Positions 12,901 to 27,345 of a stretch of 64,000 bases of DNA are shown piece after piece (position 1 is the first letter of the stretch; every line of letters begins with the position of its first letter). Origin of the DNA: Eledone cirrhosa (taxonomy: Eukaryota); the NCBI GenBank assembly GCA_964016885.1, contig CAXHJY010000129.1, positions 1 through 64,000 on the forward strand, read 5' to 3'. The translations under genes were made by a program, and so were the position numbers. Under the pieces are notes generated by a model. That model did not search any database. It was not told the DNA's origin and worked only from the letters and a program-made list of their open reading frames with translations.

Positions 12901-15900
12901 TGCTCCGCTCTTGTTCATTATAGTCCTCCGCTCTTGTTCATTATAGTCCTCCACTCTTGTTCATTATAGTCCTCCGCTCTTGTTCATTATTGTCCTCCGC
13001 TCTTGTTCATTATAATCCTCCAGTCTTGGTCATTATAGTCCGCAACTCTTGTACATTATATTCCTCTGCTCTTGTTTATTATAGTCCCCCAGTCTTGTTC
13101 ATTATAGCCCTCCACTCTTGTTCATTATAGTCCTCCACTCTTGTTCATTATAGTCCTCCGCTGTTGTTCATTATAGTCCTCCGTTCCTGTTCATTATAGT
13201 ACTCCGCTCTTGTTAAATACAGTCCTCCGCTGTTGTTCATTATAGTCCTCTAGTCTTGTACATCATAGTTCTCCGCTCTTTTTCATTATAGTCTTCCGCT
13301 CTTGTTCATTATAGTCCTCCGCTGTTGTTCATTATAGTCCTCTGCTCTTGTACATTATAGACCTCCAGTCTTGTTCATTATAGTCCTCAGCTCTTGTTCA
13401 TTATAGTCCTCCACTCTTGTTCATTATAGTCCTCTTCTCCTGTTCATTATTGTCCTCCGCTCTTGTTCATTATAGTCCTCCAGTCTTGTTCATTATAGTC
13501 CTCCGCTCTTGTTCATTATAGTCCTCCGCTCTTGTTCATTATAGACCTACGTTCTTGTACATTATAGTCCCCTGCTCTTGTTCATTATAGTCCTCCATTC
13601 TTGTACATTCTCGTCCTCCGCTCTTGTTCATTATAGACCTCCAGTCTTGTTCATTATAGTCCTCCACTCTTGTTCATTATAGTCCTCCACTCTTGTTCAT
13701 TATAGTCCTCCACTCTGTTGCATTATAGTCCTCTTCTCCTGTTCATTATAGCCCTCCACTCTTGTTCATTATAGTCTAGAATATTGTTCATTATAGTCCT
13801 CCGCTCCTGTTCATTATAGTCCTCCGCTCTTTTTCATTATAGTCCTCAACTCTTGTTCATTATAGTCCTCCGCTCTTGTGCATTATAGTCCTCCACTCTT
13901 GTTCATTATAGTCCTCCACTCTTGATCATTATAGTCCTCCACTCTTGTTCATTATAGTCCTCCAGTCTCGGTCATTATACTCCTCCACTCTTGTTCATTA
14001 TAGTCCTCCGCTCTTGTTCATTTTAGTCTTCCAGACTTGTTCATTATAGTCCTGTAGTCTTGTACATTATACTCCTCCGCTCTTGTTAATTATAGTCCTC
14101 CGCTCATGTTCATTATAGTCCTCCCCTCTAGTTAATTATAATCCTTCGCTCTTGTTAATTATAGTCTTCTGCTCTTGTTCATTATAGTCCTCCAGTCTTC
14201 TTCATCATAGTCCTCCAGTCTTGTTCATTATAGTCCTCCGCTCTTGTTCATTATAGTCCTCCGCTCTTGTTAATTATAGTCCTCCGCTCATGTTCATTAT
14301 AGTCCTCCCCTCTAGTTAATTATAATCCTTCGCTCTTGTTAATTATAGTCTTCTGCTCTTGTTCATTATAGTCCTCCAGTCTTCTTCATCATAGTCCTCC
14401 AGTCTTGTTCATTATAGTCCTCCGCTCTTGTGAATTATAGTCCTCCGCCCTTGTTCATTATAGTCCCCCGCTCTTGTTCATTATAGTCCTCCGCTCTTGT
14501 GAATTATAGTCCTTCACTCTTGTTAATTATAGTCCTCCGCTCTTGTTCATTATAGTCCTCCGCTCTTGTTAATTATAATCCTTCGCTCTTGTTAATCATA
14601 GTCTTCTGCTCTTGTTCATTATAGTCCTCCAGTCTTCTTCATCATAGTCCTCCAGTCTTGTTCATTATAGTCCTCCGCTCTTGTTCATTATAGTCCTCCG
14701 CTCTTGTTCATTATAGTCCTGAACTCTTGTTAATTACAGTCCACCGCTCTTGTTCATCATAGTCCTCCAGTCTTGTTCATTATAGTCCTCCGTTCTTGTT
14801 CATTATAGCCCTCCACTCTTGTTCATTATAGTCCTCCGATCTTGTTCATTATAGTCCTCTGCTCTTGTTCAGTATTGTCCTCCGCTCTTGTTCCTTATAG
14901 TCCTCCGCTCTTGTTCATTATAGTCCTCCAGTCTTGTTCATTATAGTCCTCCGCTCTTGTTCATTATAGTCCTCCGCTCTTGTTCATTATAGACCTCCGT
15001 TCTTGTACATTATAGTCCCCCGCTCTTGTTCATTATAGTCCTCCGCTCTTGTTCATTATAGTCCTCTGTTCTTGTACCTTCTTGTCCTCCGCTCTTGTTC
15101 ATTATAGACCTCCTGTCTTGTTCATTATAGTCCTCAGCTCTTGTTCATTATAGTCCTCCACTCTTGTTCATTATAGTCCTCCGCTCTTGTTCATTATAGT
15201 CCTCCACTCTGTTTCATTATAGTCCTCTTCTCCTATTCATTATAGACCCCACTCTTGTTCATTATAGTCTGAACTCTTGTTCATTATAGTCCTCCACTCT
15301 TGTTCATTATAGTCCTCCACTCTTGATCATTATAGTCCTCCATTCTTGATCATTATATTCCTCCACTCATGTTCATTATAGTCCTCCGCTCTTGTTCATT
15401 ATAGTCCTCTGCTCTTGTACATTATAGTCCTCCGCTCTTGTTCATTATAGTCCTCCGCTCTTGTTCATTATAGTCCTCCGCTCTTGTACATTATAGTCCT
15501 CCGCTCTTGTTCATTATAGTCCTGTAGTCTTGTACATTATAGTCCTCCGCTCTTGTTCATTATAGTCCTCTACTCTTGTTCCTTATAGTCCCCCGCTCTT
15601 ATTCATTATAGTCCTCCACCCTTGTTCATTATAGTCCTCCGCTCTTGTTCACTATAGTCCTCTGCTCTTGTTTATTATGTCCTCCGCTCTTGTTCATTAT
15701 AGTCCCCCACGCTTGTTTATTATAGTCCTCCACTCTTGTTCATTATAGTACTCCGCTCTTGTTCATTATAGTACCCCGCTCTTGTTCATTATAGTCTTCC
15801 ACTCTTGTTCATTATTGTCCTCAACTCTTGTACATTATAGTCCTCCGCTCTTGTTTATTATAGACCTCCGGTCTTGTTCATTATAGTCCTCCGATCTTGT

Positions 15901-18900
15901 TCATTATAGTCCTCCGATCTTGCTCATTATAGTCCTCCGATCTTGTTCATTATAGTCCTCCGCTCTTGTTCATTATAGTCCTCCGCTCTTGTTCATTATA
16001 GTCCTCCGGTCTTGTACATTATAGACCTCCGCTCTTGTTCATTATAGACCTCCAGTCTTGTTCATTATAGTCCTCCGCCCTTGTTCATTATAGTCCTCCG
16101 ATCTTGTTCATTATACTCCTCCGCTCTTGATCATTTAAGTCCTCTGCTCTTGTTCATTATAGTCCTTCCCTCTTGTTCATTATAGTCCTCCATTCTTGTA
16201 CATTCTTGTCCTCCGCTCTTGTTCATTATAGACCTCTAGTCTTGTTCATTATAGTCCTCAGCTCTTGTTCATTATAGTCCTCCACTCTTGTTCATTATAG
16301 TCCTCCACTCTTGTTCATTATAGACCTCCACTCTTGTTCATCATAGTCCTCTACTCATGTTCATTATAGTCCTCCGCTCTTGTTCATTATAGTCCTCCGC
16401 GCTTGTTCATTATATTCCTCCGCTCTTGTTCATTATAGTCCTCTAGTCTTGTACATTATAGTCCTCCGCTCTTGTTCATTATAGTCCTCCGCTCTTGTGC
16501 ATTATAGTCCTCCGCTCTTGTTCATTATAGTCCTCCGCTCTTGTTCATTATAGTCCTCCGTTCTTGTACATTCTTGTCCTCCGCTCTTGTTCATTATAGA
16601 CCTCTAGTCTTGTTCATTATAGTCCTCAGCTCTTGTTCATTATAGTCCTCCACTCTTGTTCATTATAGTCCTCCACTCTTGTTCATTATAGTCCTCCGCT
16701 CTTGTTCATTATAGTCCTCCGTTCTTGTACATTCTTGTCCTCCACTCTGTTTCATTATAGTCCTCTTCTCCTGTTCATCATAGCCCTCCACTCTTGTTCA
16801 TTATACTCTCAACTCTTGTTCATTATAGTCCTCCACTCTTGTTCATTATAGTCCTCCACTCTTGTTCATTATACTCCTCCACTCTTGATCATTATAGTCC
16901 TCCTCTCTTGTTCATTATAGTCCTCTGCTCTTGTACATTATAGTCCTCCGCTCTTGTTCATTGCAGTCCTCCGCTCTTGTTCATTATAGTCCTCTGCTCT
17001 TGTTCATTATAGTCCTCTACTCTTGTACATTATAGTCCTCCGCTCTTGTACATTATAGTCCTCCGCTCTTGTTCATTATAGTCCTCCGCTCTTGTTCATT
17101 ATAGTCCTCCGCTCTTGTTCATTATAGTCCTCCGCCCTGGTTCATTATTGTCCTCCACTGTTGTTCATTATAGTCTTCCGCTCTTATGCATTATAGTCCT
17201 CCGCTCTTGTTCATTATAGTCCTCCGCGCTTGTTCATTATGTCCTCCACTCTTGTTCATTATAGTCCTCCACGCTTGTTCATTATAGTCCTCCACTCTTG
17301 TTCATTATAGTCCTCCGCTCTTGTTCATTATAGTACCCCGCTATTGTTCATTATAGTCTTCCATTCTTGTTCATTATGGTCCTCCACTCTTGTTCATTAT
17401 AGTCCTCAACTCTTGTTCATTATAGTAGTCCACTCCTGTTCATTATAGCCCTCCGCTGCTGTTCATTATAGCCCTCCACTCTTGTTCATCATAGTCCTCC
17501 ACTCTTGTTCATTATAGTACTCCGCTCTTGTTAATTATAGTCCTCCGCTCTTGTTCATTATAGACCTCCGCTCTTGTTCACTACAGTCCTCCGCTCTTGT
17601 TCATTATAGTCCTCCAGTCTTGTTCATTATAGTCCTCCGCTCTTGTTCATTATAGTCCTCCGCTCTTGTTCATTATAGTCCTCCGCTCTCGTTCATTATA
17701 GTCCTCTAGTCTTGTACATTATAGTCCTCCGTTCTTGTTCCTTATAGTCTTCCGCTCTTGTTCATTATAGTCCTCTGCTCTTGTTCATTATAGTCCTCCG
17801 CTCTTGTTCATTATAGTCCTCTGTTCTTGTTCATTATTGTCCTCCACTCTTGTTCATTATAGACCTCCGTTCTTGTACATTATAGTCCTCCGCTCTTGTT
17901 CATTATAGTCCTCCGCTCTTGTTCATTATAGTCCTCCGTTCTTGTACATTCTTGTCCTCCGCTCTTGTTCATTATAGACCTCTAGTCTTGTTCATTATAG
18001 TCCTCCGCTCTTGTTCATTATAGTCCTCCGTTCTTGTACATTCTTGTCCTCCACTCTGTTTCATTATAGTCCTCTTCTCCTGTTCATCATAGCCCTCCAC
18101 TCTTGTTCATTATACTCTCAACTCTTGTTCATTATAGTCCTCCACTCTTGTTCATTATAGTCCTCCACTCTTGATCATTATAGTCCTCCTCTCTTGTTCA
18201 TTATAGTCCTCTGCTCTTGTACATTATAGTCCTCCGCTCTTGTTCATTGTAGTCCTCCGCTCTTGTTCATTATAGTCCTCTGCTCTTGTACATTATAGTC
18301 CTCCGCACTTGTTCATTATAGTCCTCCGCTCTTGTTCATTATAGTCCTGTAGTCTTGTACATTATAGTCCTCCGCTCTTGTTCATTATAGTCCTCTACTC
18401 TTGTTCCTTATAGTCCCCCGCTCTTATTCATTATAGTCCTCCACCCTTGTTCATTATAGTCCTCCGCTCTTGTTCACTATAGTCCTCTGCTCTTGTTTAT
18501 TATGTCCTCCGCTCTTGTTCATTATAGTCCTCCACGCTTGTTTATTATAGTCCTCCACTCTTGTTCATTATAGTACTCCGCTCTTGTTCATTATAGTACC
18601 CCGCTCTTGTTCATTATAGTCTTCCACTCTTGTTCATTATTGTCCTCAACTCTTGTACATTATAGTCCTCCGCTCTTGTTTATTATAGACCTCCGGTCTT
18701 GTTCATTATAGTCCTCCGATCTTGTTCATTATAGTCCTCCGATCTTGCTCATTATAGTCCTCCAATCTTGTTCATTATAGTCCTCCGCTCTTGTTCATTA
18801 TAGTCCTCCGCTCTTGTTCATTATAGTCCTCCGGTCTTGTACATTATAGACCTCCGCTCTTGTTCATTATAGACCTCCAGTCTTGTTCATTATAGTCCTC

Positions 18901-21900
18901 CGCCCTTGTTCATTATAGTCCTCCGATCTTGTTCATTATACTCCTCCGCTCTTGATCATTTAAGTCCTCCGCTCTTGTTCATTATAGTCCTCCGCTCTTG
19001 TTCATTATAGTCCTCCGTTCTTGTACATTCTTGTCCTCCGCTCTTGTTCATTATAGACCTCTAGTCTTGTTCATTATAGTCCTCAGCTCTTGTTCATTAT
19101 AGTCCTCCACTCTAGTTCATTATAGTCCTCCACTCTTGTTCATTATAGACCTCCACTCTTGTTCATCATAGTCCTCTACTCATGTTCATTATAGTCCTCC
19201 GCTCTTGTTCATTATAGTCCTCCGCCCTTGTTCATTATATTCCTCCGCTCTTGTTCATTATAGTCCTCTAGTCTTGTGCATTATAGTCCTCCGCTCTTGT
19301 TCATTATAGTCCTCCGCTCTTGTTCATTATAGTCCTCCGCTCTTGTTCATTATAGACCTCCGTTCTTGTACATTATAGTCCTCCGCTCTTGTTCATTATA
19401 GTCCTCCGCTCTTGTTCATTATAGTCCTCCCTTCTTGTACATTCTTGTCCTCCGCTCTTGTTCATTATAGACCTCTAGTCTTGTTCATTATAGTCCTCAG
19501 CTCTTGTTCATTATAGTCCTCCACTCTTGTTCATTATAGTCCTCCACTCTTGATCATTATAGTCCTCCTCTCTTGTTCATTATAGTCCTCCGCTCTTGTT
19601 CATTATAGTCCTCCGCTCTTGTTCATTATAGTCCTCCGCTCTCGTTCATTATAGTCCTCTGCTCTTGTACATTATAGTCCTCCGCACTTGTTCATTATAG
19701 TCCTCCGCTCTTGTTCATTATTGTCCTCTACTCTTGTTCCTTATAGTCCCCCGCTCTTGTTCATTATAGTCCTCCGCACTTGTTCATTATAGTCCTCCGC
19801 TCTTGTTCATTATTGTCCTCTACTCTTGTTCCTTATAGTCCCCCGCTCTTGTTCATTATAGTCCTCCGCTCTTGTTCATTATAGTCCTGTGCTCTTGTTT
19901 ATTATGTCCTCCGCTCTTGTTCATTATAGTCTTCCACTCTTGTTCATTATTGTCCTCAACTCTTGTTCATTATAGTCCTCCGCTCTTGTTTATTATAGAC
20001 CTCCGGTCTTGTTCATTATAGTCCTCCGATCTTGTTCATTATAGTCCTCTGATCTTGCTCATTATAGTCCTCCGATCTTGTTCATTATAGTCCTCCCCTC
20101 TTGTTCATTATAGTCCTCCGCTCTTGTTCATTATAGTCCTCCGGTCTTGTACATTATAGACCTCCGCTCTTGTTCATTATAGACCTCCAGTCTTGTTCAT
20201 TATAATCCTCCGCCCTTGTTCATTATAGTCCTCCGATCTTGTTCATTATACTCCTCCGCTCTTGATCATTTTAGTCCTCTGCTCTTGTTCATTATAGTCC
20301 TCCGCTCTTGTTCATTATAGTCCTCCGTTCTTGTACATTCTTGTCCTCCGCTCTTGTTCATTATAGACCTCTAGTCTTGTTCATTATAGTCCTCAGCTCT
20401 TGTTCATTATAGTCCTCCACTCTTGTTCATTATAGTCCTCCACTCTTGTTCATCATAGTGCTCTACTCTTGTTCATTATAGTCCTCCGCTCTTGTTCATT
20501 ATAGTCCTCCGCCCTTGTTCATTATATTCCTCCGCTCTTGTTCATTATAGTCCTCTAGTCTTGTACATTATAGTCCTCCGCTCTTGTTCATTATAGTCCT
20601 CTGCTCTTGTACATTATAGTCCTCCGCTCTCGTTCATTATATTCCTGTAGTCTTGTACACTATAGTCCTCCAGTCTTGTACATTATAGTCCTCCGCTCTT
20701 GTTCATTATAGTCCTCCGCTCTTGGTAATTATAGTCCTTCGCTCTTGTTAATTATAATCCTTCAATCTTGTTAATTATAGTCCTCCGCTCTTGTTCATTA
20801 TAGTGCTCAACTCTTGTTCATTATAGTACTCCGCTCGTGTTAATTATAGTCCTCCGCTCTTGTTCATTATAGTCCTCTGCTCTTGTACATTATAGTCCTC
20901 TGCTCTCGTTCATTAAATTCATGCGCTCTTGTTCATCATAGTCCTCCAGTCTTGTACATTATAGTCCTCCGCTCTTGTTCACTGTACTCCTCCACTCTTG
21001 TTCATTATAGTCCTCCGATCTTGTTCATTATAGTCCTCTGCCGGTGTTCATTATAGTCCTCCGCTCTTGTTAATTATAGTCCTCCGCTCTTGTTCATTAT
21101 AGTCCTCCGCTCTTATTCATTATAGTCCTCTGCTCTTGTACATTATAATCCTCCGCTCTTGTTAATTATAGTATTCCGCTCTTGTTCATTATAGTCCTCC
21201 GCTCTTGTTTATTATAGTCCTCCGCTCTTGTTCATTATAGTCCTCCGCTCTTGTTTATTATAGTCCTCCGCTCTTGTTCATTATAGTCCTCCCCGCTTGT
21301 TCATTATAGTCCTTCGCTCCTGTTCATTATAGTTATCCGCTCTTGTTCATTATAGTCCTCCACTCTTGTTCATTATAGTCCTCCGCTCTTGTTAATTGTA
21401 ATCCTCCCCTCTTGTTCATTATAGTCCTCCACGCTTGTTCATTATAGTCCTCCACTCTTGTTCATTATAGTCCTCGGCTCTTGTTCATTATAGTACCCAG
21501 CTCTTGTTCATTATAGCCTTCCACTCTTGTTCATTATAGTCCTCCAGTCTTCTTCATTATAGTCCTCCAATCTTGTTTATTATACTCCTCCGCTCTTGTT
21601 CATTATAGTCCTCCGCTCTTGTTCATTATAGTCCTCCCCGCTTGTTCATTATAGTCCTTCGCTCCTGTTCATTATAGTTATCCGCTCTTGTTCATTATAG
21701 TCCTCCACTCTTGTTCATTATAGTCCTCCGCTCTTGTTAATTGTAGTCCTCCCGTCTTGTTCATTATAGTCCTCCACGCTTGTTCATTATAGTCCTCCAC
21801 TCTTGTTCATTATAGTCCTCGGCTCTTGTTCATTATAGTACCCAGCTCTTGTTCAATATAGCCTTCCACTCTTGTTCATTATAGTAGTCCACCGTTGATC

Positions 21901-24900
21901 ATTATAGTCCTCCGCTCCTGTTCATTATAGCCCTCCACTCTTGTTCATTATAGTCCTCCACTCTTGTTCATTATAGTCCTCCGCTCTTGTTCATTATAGT
22001 ACTCCGCTCTTGTTAATTATAGTCCTCCGCTCTTGTTCATTATAGTCCTCCGCTCTTGTTCATTATAGTCCTCCGTTCTTGTACATTCTTGTCCTCCGCT
22101 CTTGTTCATTATAGACCTCTAGTCTTGTTCATTATAGTCCTCAGCTCTTGTTCATTATAGTCCTCCATTCTTGTTCATTATAGTCCTCCACTCTTGTTCA
22201 TTATAGTCCTCCACTCTTGTTCATCATAGTCCTCCACTCTGTTTCATTATAGTCCTCTTCTCCTGTTCATCATAGCCCTCCACTCTTGTTCATTATAGTC
22301 TCAACTCTTGTTCATTATAGTCCTCCACTCTTGATCATTATAGTCCTCCACTCTTGATCATTATAGTCCTCTACTCTTGTTCATTATAGTCCTCCTCTCT
22401 TGTTCATTATAGTCCTCTGCTCCTGTACATTATAGTCCTCCGCTCTTGTTCAATATAGTCCTCCGCTCTTGTTCATTATAGTCCTGTAGTCTTGTACATT
22501 ATAGTCCTCCGCTCTTGTTCATTATAGTCCTCCGCTCTTGTTCATTATAGTTCTCCGCTCTTGTTCATTATTGTCCTCCGCCCTTGTTCATTATAGTCCT
22601 CCGCTCTTGTTCATTATAGTCCTCTGCTCTTGTTCATTATAGTCCTCTAGTCTTGTACATTATAGTCCTCCGCTCTTGTTCCTTATAGTCCTCCGCTCTT
22701 GTTCATTATAGTCCTCCGCTCTTGTTCATTATAGTACTCTGCTCTTGTTCATTATAGTACCCCGCTCTTGTTCATTATAGTCTTCCACTCTTGTTCATTA
22801 TAGTCTTCCACTCTTGTTCATTATAGTCCTCAACTCTTGTTCATTATAGTAGTCCACTCTTGTTCATTATAGTCCTCCGCTCCTGTTCATTATAGCCCTC
22901 CACTCTTGTTCATTATAGTCCTCCACTATTGTTCATTATAGTACTCTGCTCTTGTTAATTATAGTCCTCCACTCTTGTTCATTATAGTCCTCTGCTCTTG
23001 TTCATTATAGTCCTCCACTCTTGTTCAATACAGTCCTCCGCTCTTCATTATAGTCCTCCGCTCTTGCTCATTATAGTCCTCCGTTCTTGTACATTCTTGT
23101 CCTCCGCTCTTGTTCATTATAGACCTCCAGTCTTGTTTATTATAGTCCTCAGCTCTTGTTCATTATAGTCCTCCACTCTTGTTCATTATAGTCCTCCACT
23201 CTGTTTCATTATAGTCCTCTTCTCCTGTTCATTATCGCCCTCCACTCTTGTTCATTATAGTCTGAACTCTTGTTCATTATAGTCCTCGACTCTTGTTCAT
23301 TATAGTCCTCGACTCTTGATCATTATAGTCCTCCACTCTTGATCATTATAGTCCTCCACTCTTGTTCATTATAGTCCTCCTCTCTTGTTTATTATAGTCC
23401 TCTGCTCTTGTACATTATAGTCCTACACTCTGTTTCATTATAGTCCTCTTCTCCTGTTCATTATCGCCCTCCACTCTTGTTCATTATAGTCTGAACTCTT
23501 GTTCATTATAGTCCTCCACTCTTGTTCATTATAGTCCTCGACTCTTGATCATTATAGTCCTCCACTCTTGATCATTATAGTCCTCCACTCTTGTTCATTA
23601 TAGTCCTCCGCTCTTGTTCATTATAGTCCTCTGCTCTTGTACATTATAGTCCTCCGCTCTTGTTCATTATAGTCCTCCGCTCTTGTTCATTATAGTCCTC
23701 TGCTCTTGTTCATTATAGTCCTCCGCTCTTGTTTATTATAGTCCTTCACTCTCGTTCATTATAGTCCTCCACTCTTGTTAATTATAGTCCTTCACTCTTG
23801 TTCATTATAGTCCTCTGCTCTTGTTCATTATAGCCCTCTACTCTTGTTAATTATAGTTCTGTGCTCTTGTTAATTATAGTCCTCCGCTCTTGTTCATTAT
23901 AGTCCTCCGCTCTTGTTCATTATAGTCCTCTGCTCTTGTTCATTATAGTCCTCCGCTCTTGTTTATTATAGTCCTTCACTCTCGTTCATTATAGTCCTCC
24001 ACTCTTGTTAATTATAGTCCTTCGCTCTTGTTCATTATAGTCCTCTGCTCTTGTTCATTATAGCCCTCTACTCTTGTTAATTATAGTTCTGTGCTCTTGT
24101 TAATTATAGTCCTCCGCTCTTGTTCATTATAGTCCTCCGCTCTTGTTCATTATAGTACTCTGCTCTTGTTCATTATAGTACCCCGCTCTTGTTCATTATA
24201 GTCTTCCACTCTTGTTCATTATAGTCTTCCACTCTTGTTCATTATAGTCCTCAACTCTTGTTCATTATAGTAGTCCACTCTTGTTCATTATAGTCCTCCG
24301 CTCCTGTTCATTATAGCCCTCCACTCTTGTTCATTATAGTCCTCCACTGTTGTTCATTATAGTACTCTGCTCTTGTTAATTATAGTCCTCCACTCTTGTT
24401 CATTATAGTCCTCTGCTCTTGTTCATTATAGTCCTCCACTCTTGTTCATTACAGTCCTCCGCTCTTCATTATAGTCCTCCGCTCTTGTTCATTATAGTCC
24501 TCCCTTCTTGTACATTCTTGTCCTCCGCTCTTGTTCATTATAGACCTCCAGTCTTGTTTATTATAGTCCTCAGCTCTTGTTCATTATAGTCCTCCACTCT
24601 TGTTTATTATAGTCCTCCACTCTGTTTCATTATAGTCCTCTTCTCCTGTTCATTATCGCCCTCCACTCTTGTTCATTATAGTCTGAACTCTTGTCCATTA
24701 TAGTCCTCCACTCTTGTTCATTATAGTCCTCGACTCTTGATCATTATAGTCCTCCACTCTTGATCATTATAGTCCTCCACTCTTGTTCATTATAGTCCTC
24801 CGCTCTTGTTTATTATAGTCCTCTGCTCTTGTACATTATAGTCCTACACTCTGTTTCATTATAGTCCTCTTCTCCTGTTCATTATCGCCCTCCACTCTTG

Positions 24901-25408
24901 TTCATTATAGTCTGAACTCTTGTTCATTATAGTCCTCCACTCTTGTTCATTATAGTCCTCGACTCTTGATCATTATAGTCCTCCACTCTTGATCATTATA
25001 GTCCTCCACTCTTGTTCATTATAGTCCTCCGCTCTTGTTCATTATAGTCCTCTGCTCTTGTACATTATAGTCCTCCGCTCTTGTTCATTATAGTCCTCCG
25101 CTCTTGTTCATTATAGTCCTCTGCTCTTGTTCATTATAGTCCTCCGCTCTTGTTTATTATAGTCCTTCACTCTCGTTCATTATAGTCCTCCACTCTTGTT
25201 AATTATAGTCCTTCGCTCTTGTTCATTATAGTCCTCTGCTCTTGTTCATTATAGCCCTCTACTCTTGTTAATTATAGTTCTGTGCTCTTGTTAATTATAG
25301 TCCTCCGCTCTTGTTCATTATAGTCCTCCACTCTTGTTCATTATAGTCCTCTGCTCTTGTTTATTATAGTCCTCCAGTCTTGTTCATTATAGTCCTCTGC
25401 TCTTGTTC

Positions 25409-25414
<6 letters not shown>
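6975..25414. repeat. 23-bp satellite array, about 800 units, consensus CTCTTGTTCATTATAGTCCTCCG
   Basis: Uninterrupted head-to-tail units with point variants and a few 20-22 bp units. The right end runs into (TA)n. Confidence 0.99.
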
Positions 25415-25440
<26 letters not shown>

Positions 25441-25445
<5 letters not shown>

Positions 25446-26323
25446 AAGTTAAATAAAAAGTCAAATGTTTAAAATTTAGCTTCGTTTATTACTGCTATAT
25501 ATATTTCAGTGACAGCCATCTTTGGCTGTGACCTGTTCAGGCAGTCCGAATTAGTGTGGTATAGACAAGTACATATGTTGTTGAGGTGTATAATTTTGTC
25601 AATACTCTGATATGTCCAGTTCCTGGTTAGGTTGTTATTTCTCTGAGGAACTGGAATCATATGAATTCAAACAAACGAATTTCAGTGTCAAAGGGCCTCT
25701 TCTCCTCTCATTGGTCAGTTGTTAGAACATTCCTCATTCTAAGTGTTGTTATTGTTGGAGTTAGCTTAAAAAATTGATAAAGTGGTAGAAGGAACAAGGT
25801 GGTAAAGGAACAAAATAGCAAAAAGCGAGCTTTAAAGACCGATGGTACAACCATCGCCATTCATTCAATAAGGAGGCCAAAAGGAAGAGCATGGCTCTCT
25901 CCGACCTGATCTGAAAGCTTAAGCTAGACAGGACCCCCGTACTCTCTGGCCTGGTACATAATCAGGAAAGTACCACCCGATAAAGGGGGATCTTGCATAT
26001 GCAAACTATGCCTGAGCGAAACCCTCGAGATACTAAGAGGTGGAAGCGGCCTGATAAACCTCAGAACCGACTTCTTTGGGACATGCAGACACCTTAGAGC
26101 CGGGACCTTCCTCAAGATATATGGACAGTAGCAACACAAGAAGATGTGAACTCCCCTCAAGCTATAGGTTCTTCTACAGAACATGTAAACACCTCTCGGC
26201 CAGACCTCCCTCAAGCTATATGGGCAGTAACAACACCCTAGGTTGTGAACTCCCCTCACTGAAATATATATAGCAGTAATAAACGAAGCTAAATTTTCAA
26301 CATTTGACTTTTTATTTAACTTT

Positions 26324-26328
<5 letters not shown>
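25441..26328 (+). mobile_element. PLE 3' fragment enclosed by ~72-bp inverted repeats, in (TA)n
   Basis: IR arms 25441-25512 and 26256-26328. About 25828-26100 translates, with a stop and a frameshift, as SFKDRWYNHRHSF..ALSDLI*KLK..YSLAWYII..CKLCLSETLEIL..LINLRTDFFGTCRH, the same endonuclease C-terminus as the 4.9 kb and 36.8 kb copies. Confidence 0.8.
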
Positions 26329-26366
<38 letters not shown>

Positions 26367-26371
<5 letters not shown>

Positions 26372-26935
26372 TAAACGGAATAGAAAATGCTGACAAATTG
26401 TTCACAGTTGAAAAATGGTTTAATTAGGAATAAAAGAGTATTAGTGATTGTATGGGTTAGTATTCAGTTGTGGTTTTAAGTTTTTAACTTTTTACCGGTT
26501 GCGTATTTCTAAATGATTTTCAAAAATAATTTTGAGATAGAGTGTCCGTGCTGTTTGCTCTGATCTGATTAGTTTTGGGAATTCTACCTGTTTTTATGTT
26601 AAAAAAGTGGCTCCAATTTGCAAAAATTCTTGTGGTCAAAACAATTTTGATTGGTCGGTAGAGGTCATGTGAATGTAAAAAATTGATTTTGCGCCAAGAC
26701 TGTTTTTATGTTAAAAAAGTGGCTCCAGCAAAAATTCTTGTGGTCAAAACAATTTTGATTGGTCGGTAGAGGTCATGTGAATAAAAAATTGGTTTTGCGC
26801 CAAGATTGAGAAATGACTCTTTCACAACAAATATGTGTGTGTGTGTGTGTGTGTGTGTAGTAGTAGTAGTAGTAGTAAGGTGTTTGATGTTGTGATAATG
26901 GTTAGCAGCGATGTGTGTCAAATGGCTATTAAGAT

Positions 26936-26970
<35 letters not shown>

Positions 26971-27312
26971 TGTGTGTGTAGCAGAGTAATTCGTGGTGGC
27001 AGGGATGGTCAGTAAGAATGTGTCTGAAAGCAATGGGGGCTATTTTAGCATGTCAAAAGATATTTTTCAGCTTTTGTCTTATACGGAGAAGTGCGTGTGT
27101 GTGTGTGTGTGTGTATATAAGTCTCTTTGTATGTTGATGTATGTGTGTGTGTGTGGACCAGTATTTTTTTTTTTTTTTTTTTTTTTTTACCCTGGTAAAA
27201 TGGTGTACATTCGATTTTTTTCAGTAAAATCGGTTCTCTTAATAGAACATCTTAACAATAAAAGGTGTGAAATGATATTCACTATATATATATACACATA
27301 CATACATTCACT

Positions 27313-27345
<33 letters not shown>

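Noticed and set aside
6975-25414. CRISPR array or telomeric repeat
   Set aside because: Units are contiguous with no unique spacers and no cas genes; not TTAGGG-like; the array is interstitial.
6975-25414. Long repetitive protein ORF or bacterial promoter array
   Set aside because: The 23-bp period cycles TAG (+) and TAA (-) through all frames. TATAAT and GGAGG have no prokaryotic context in this eukaryotic DNA.
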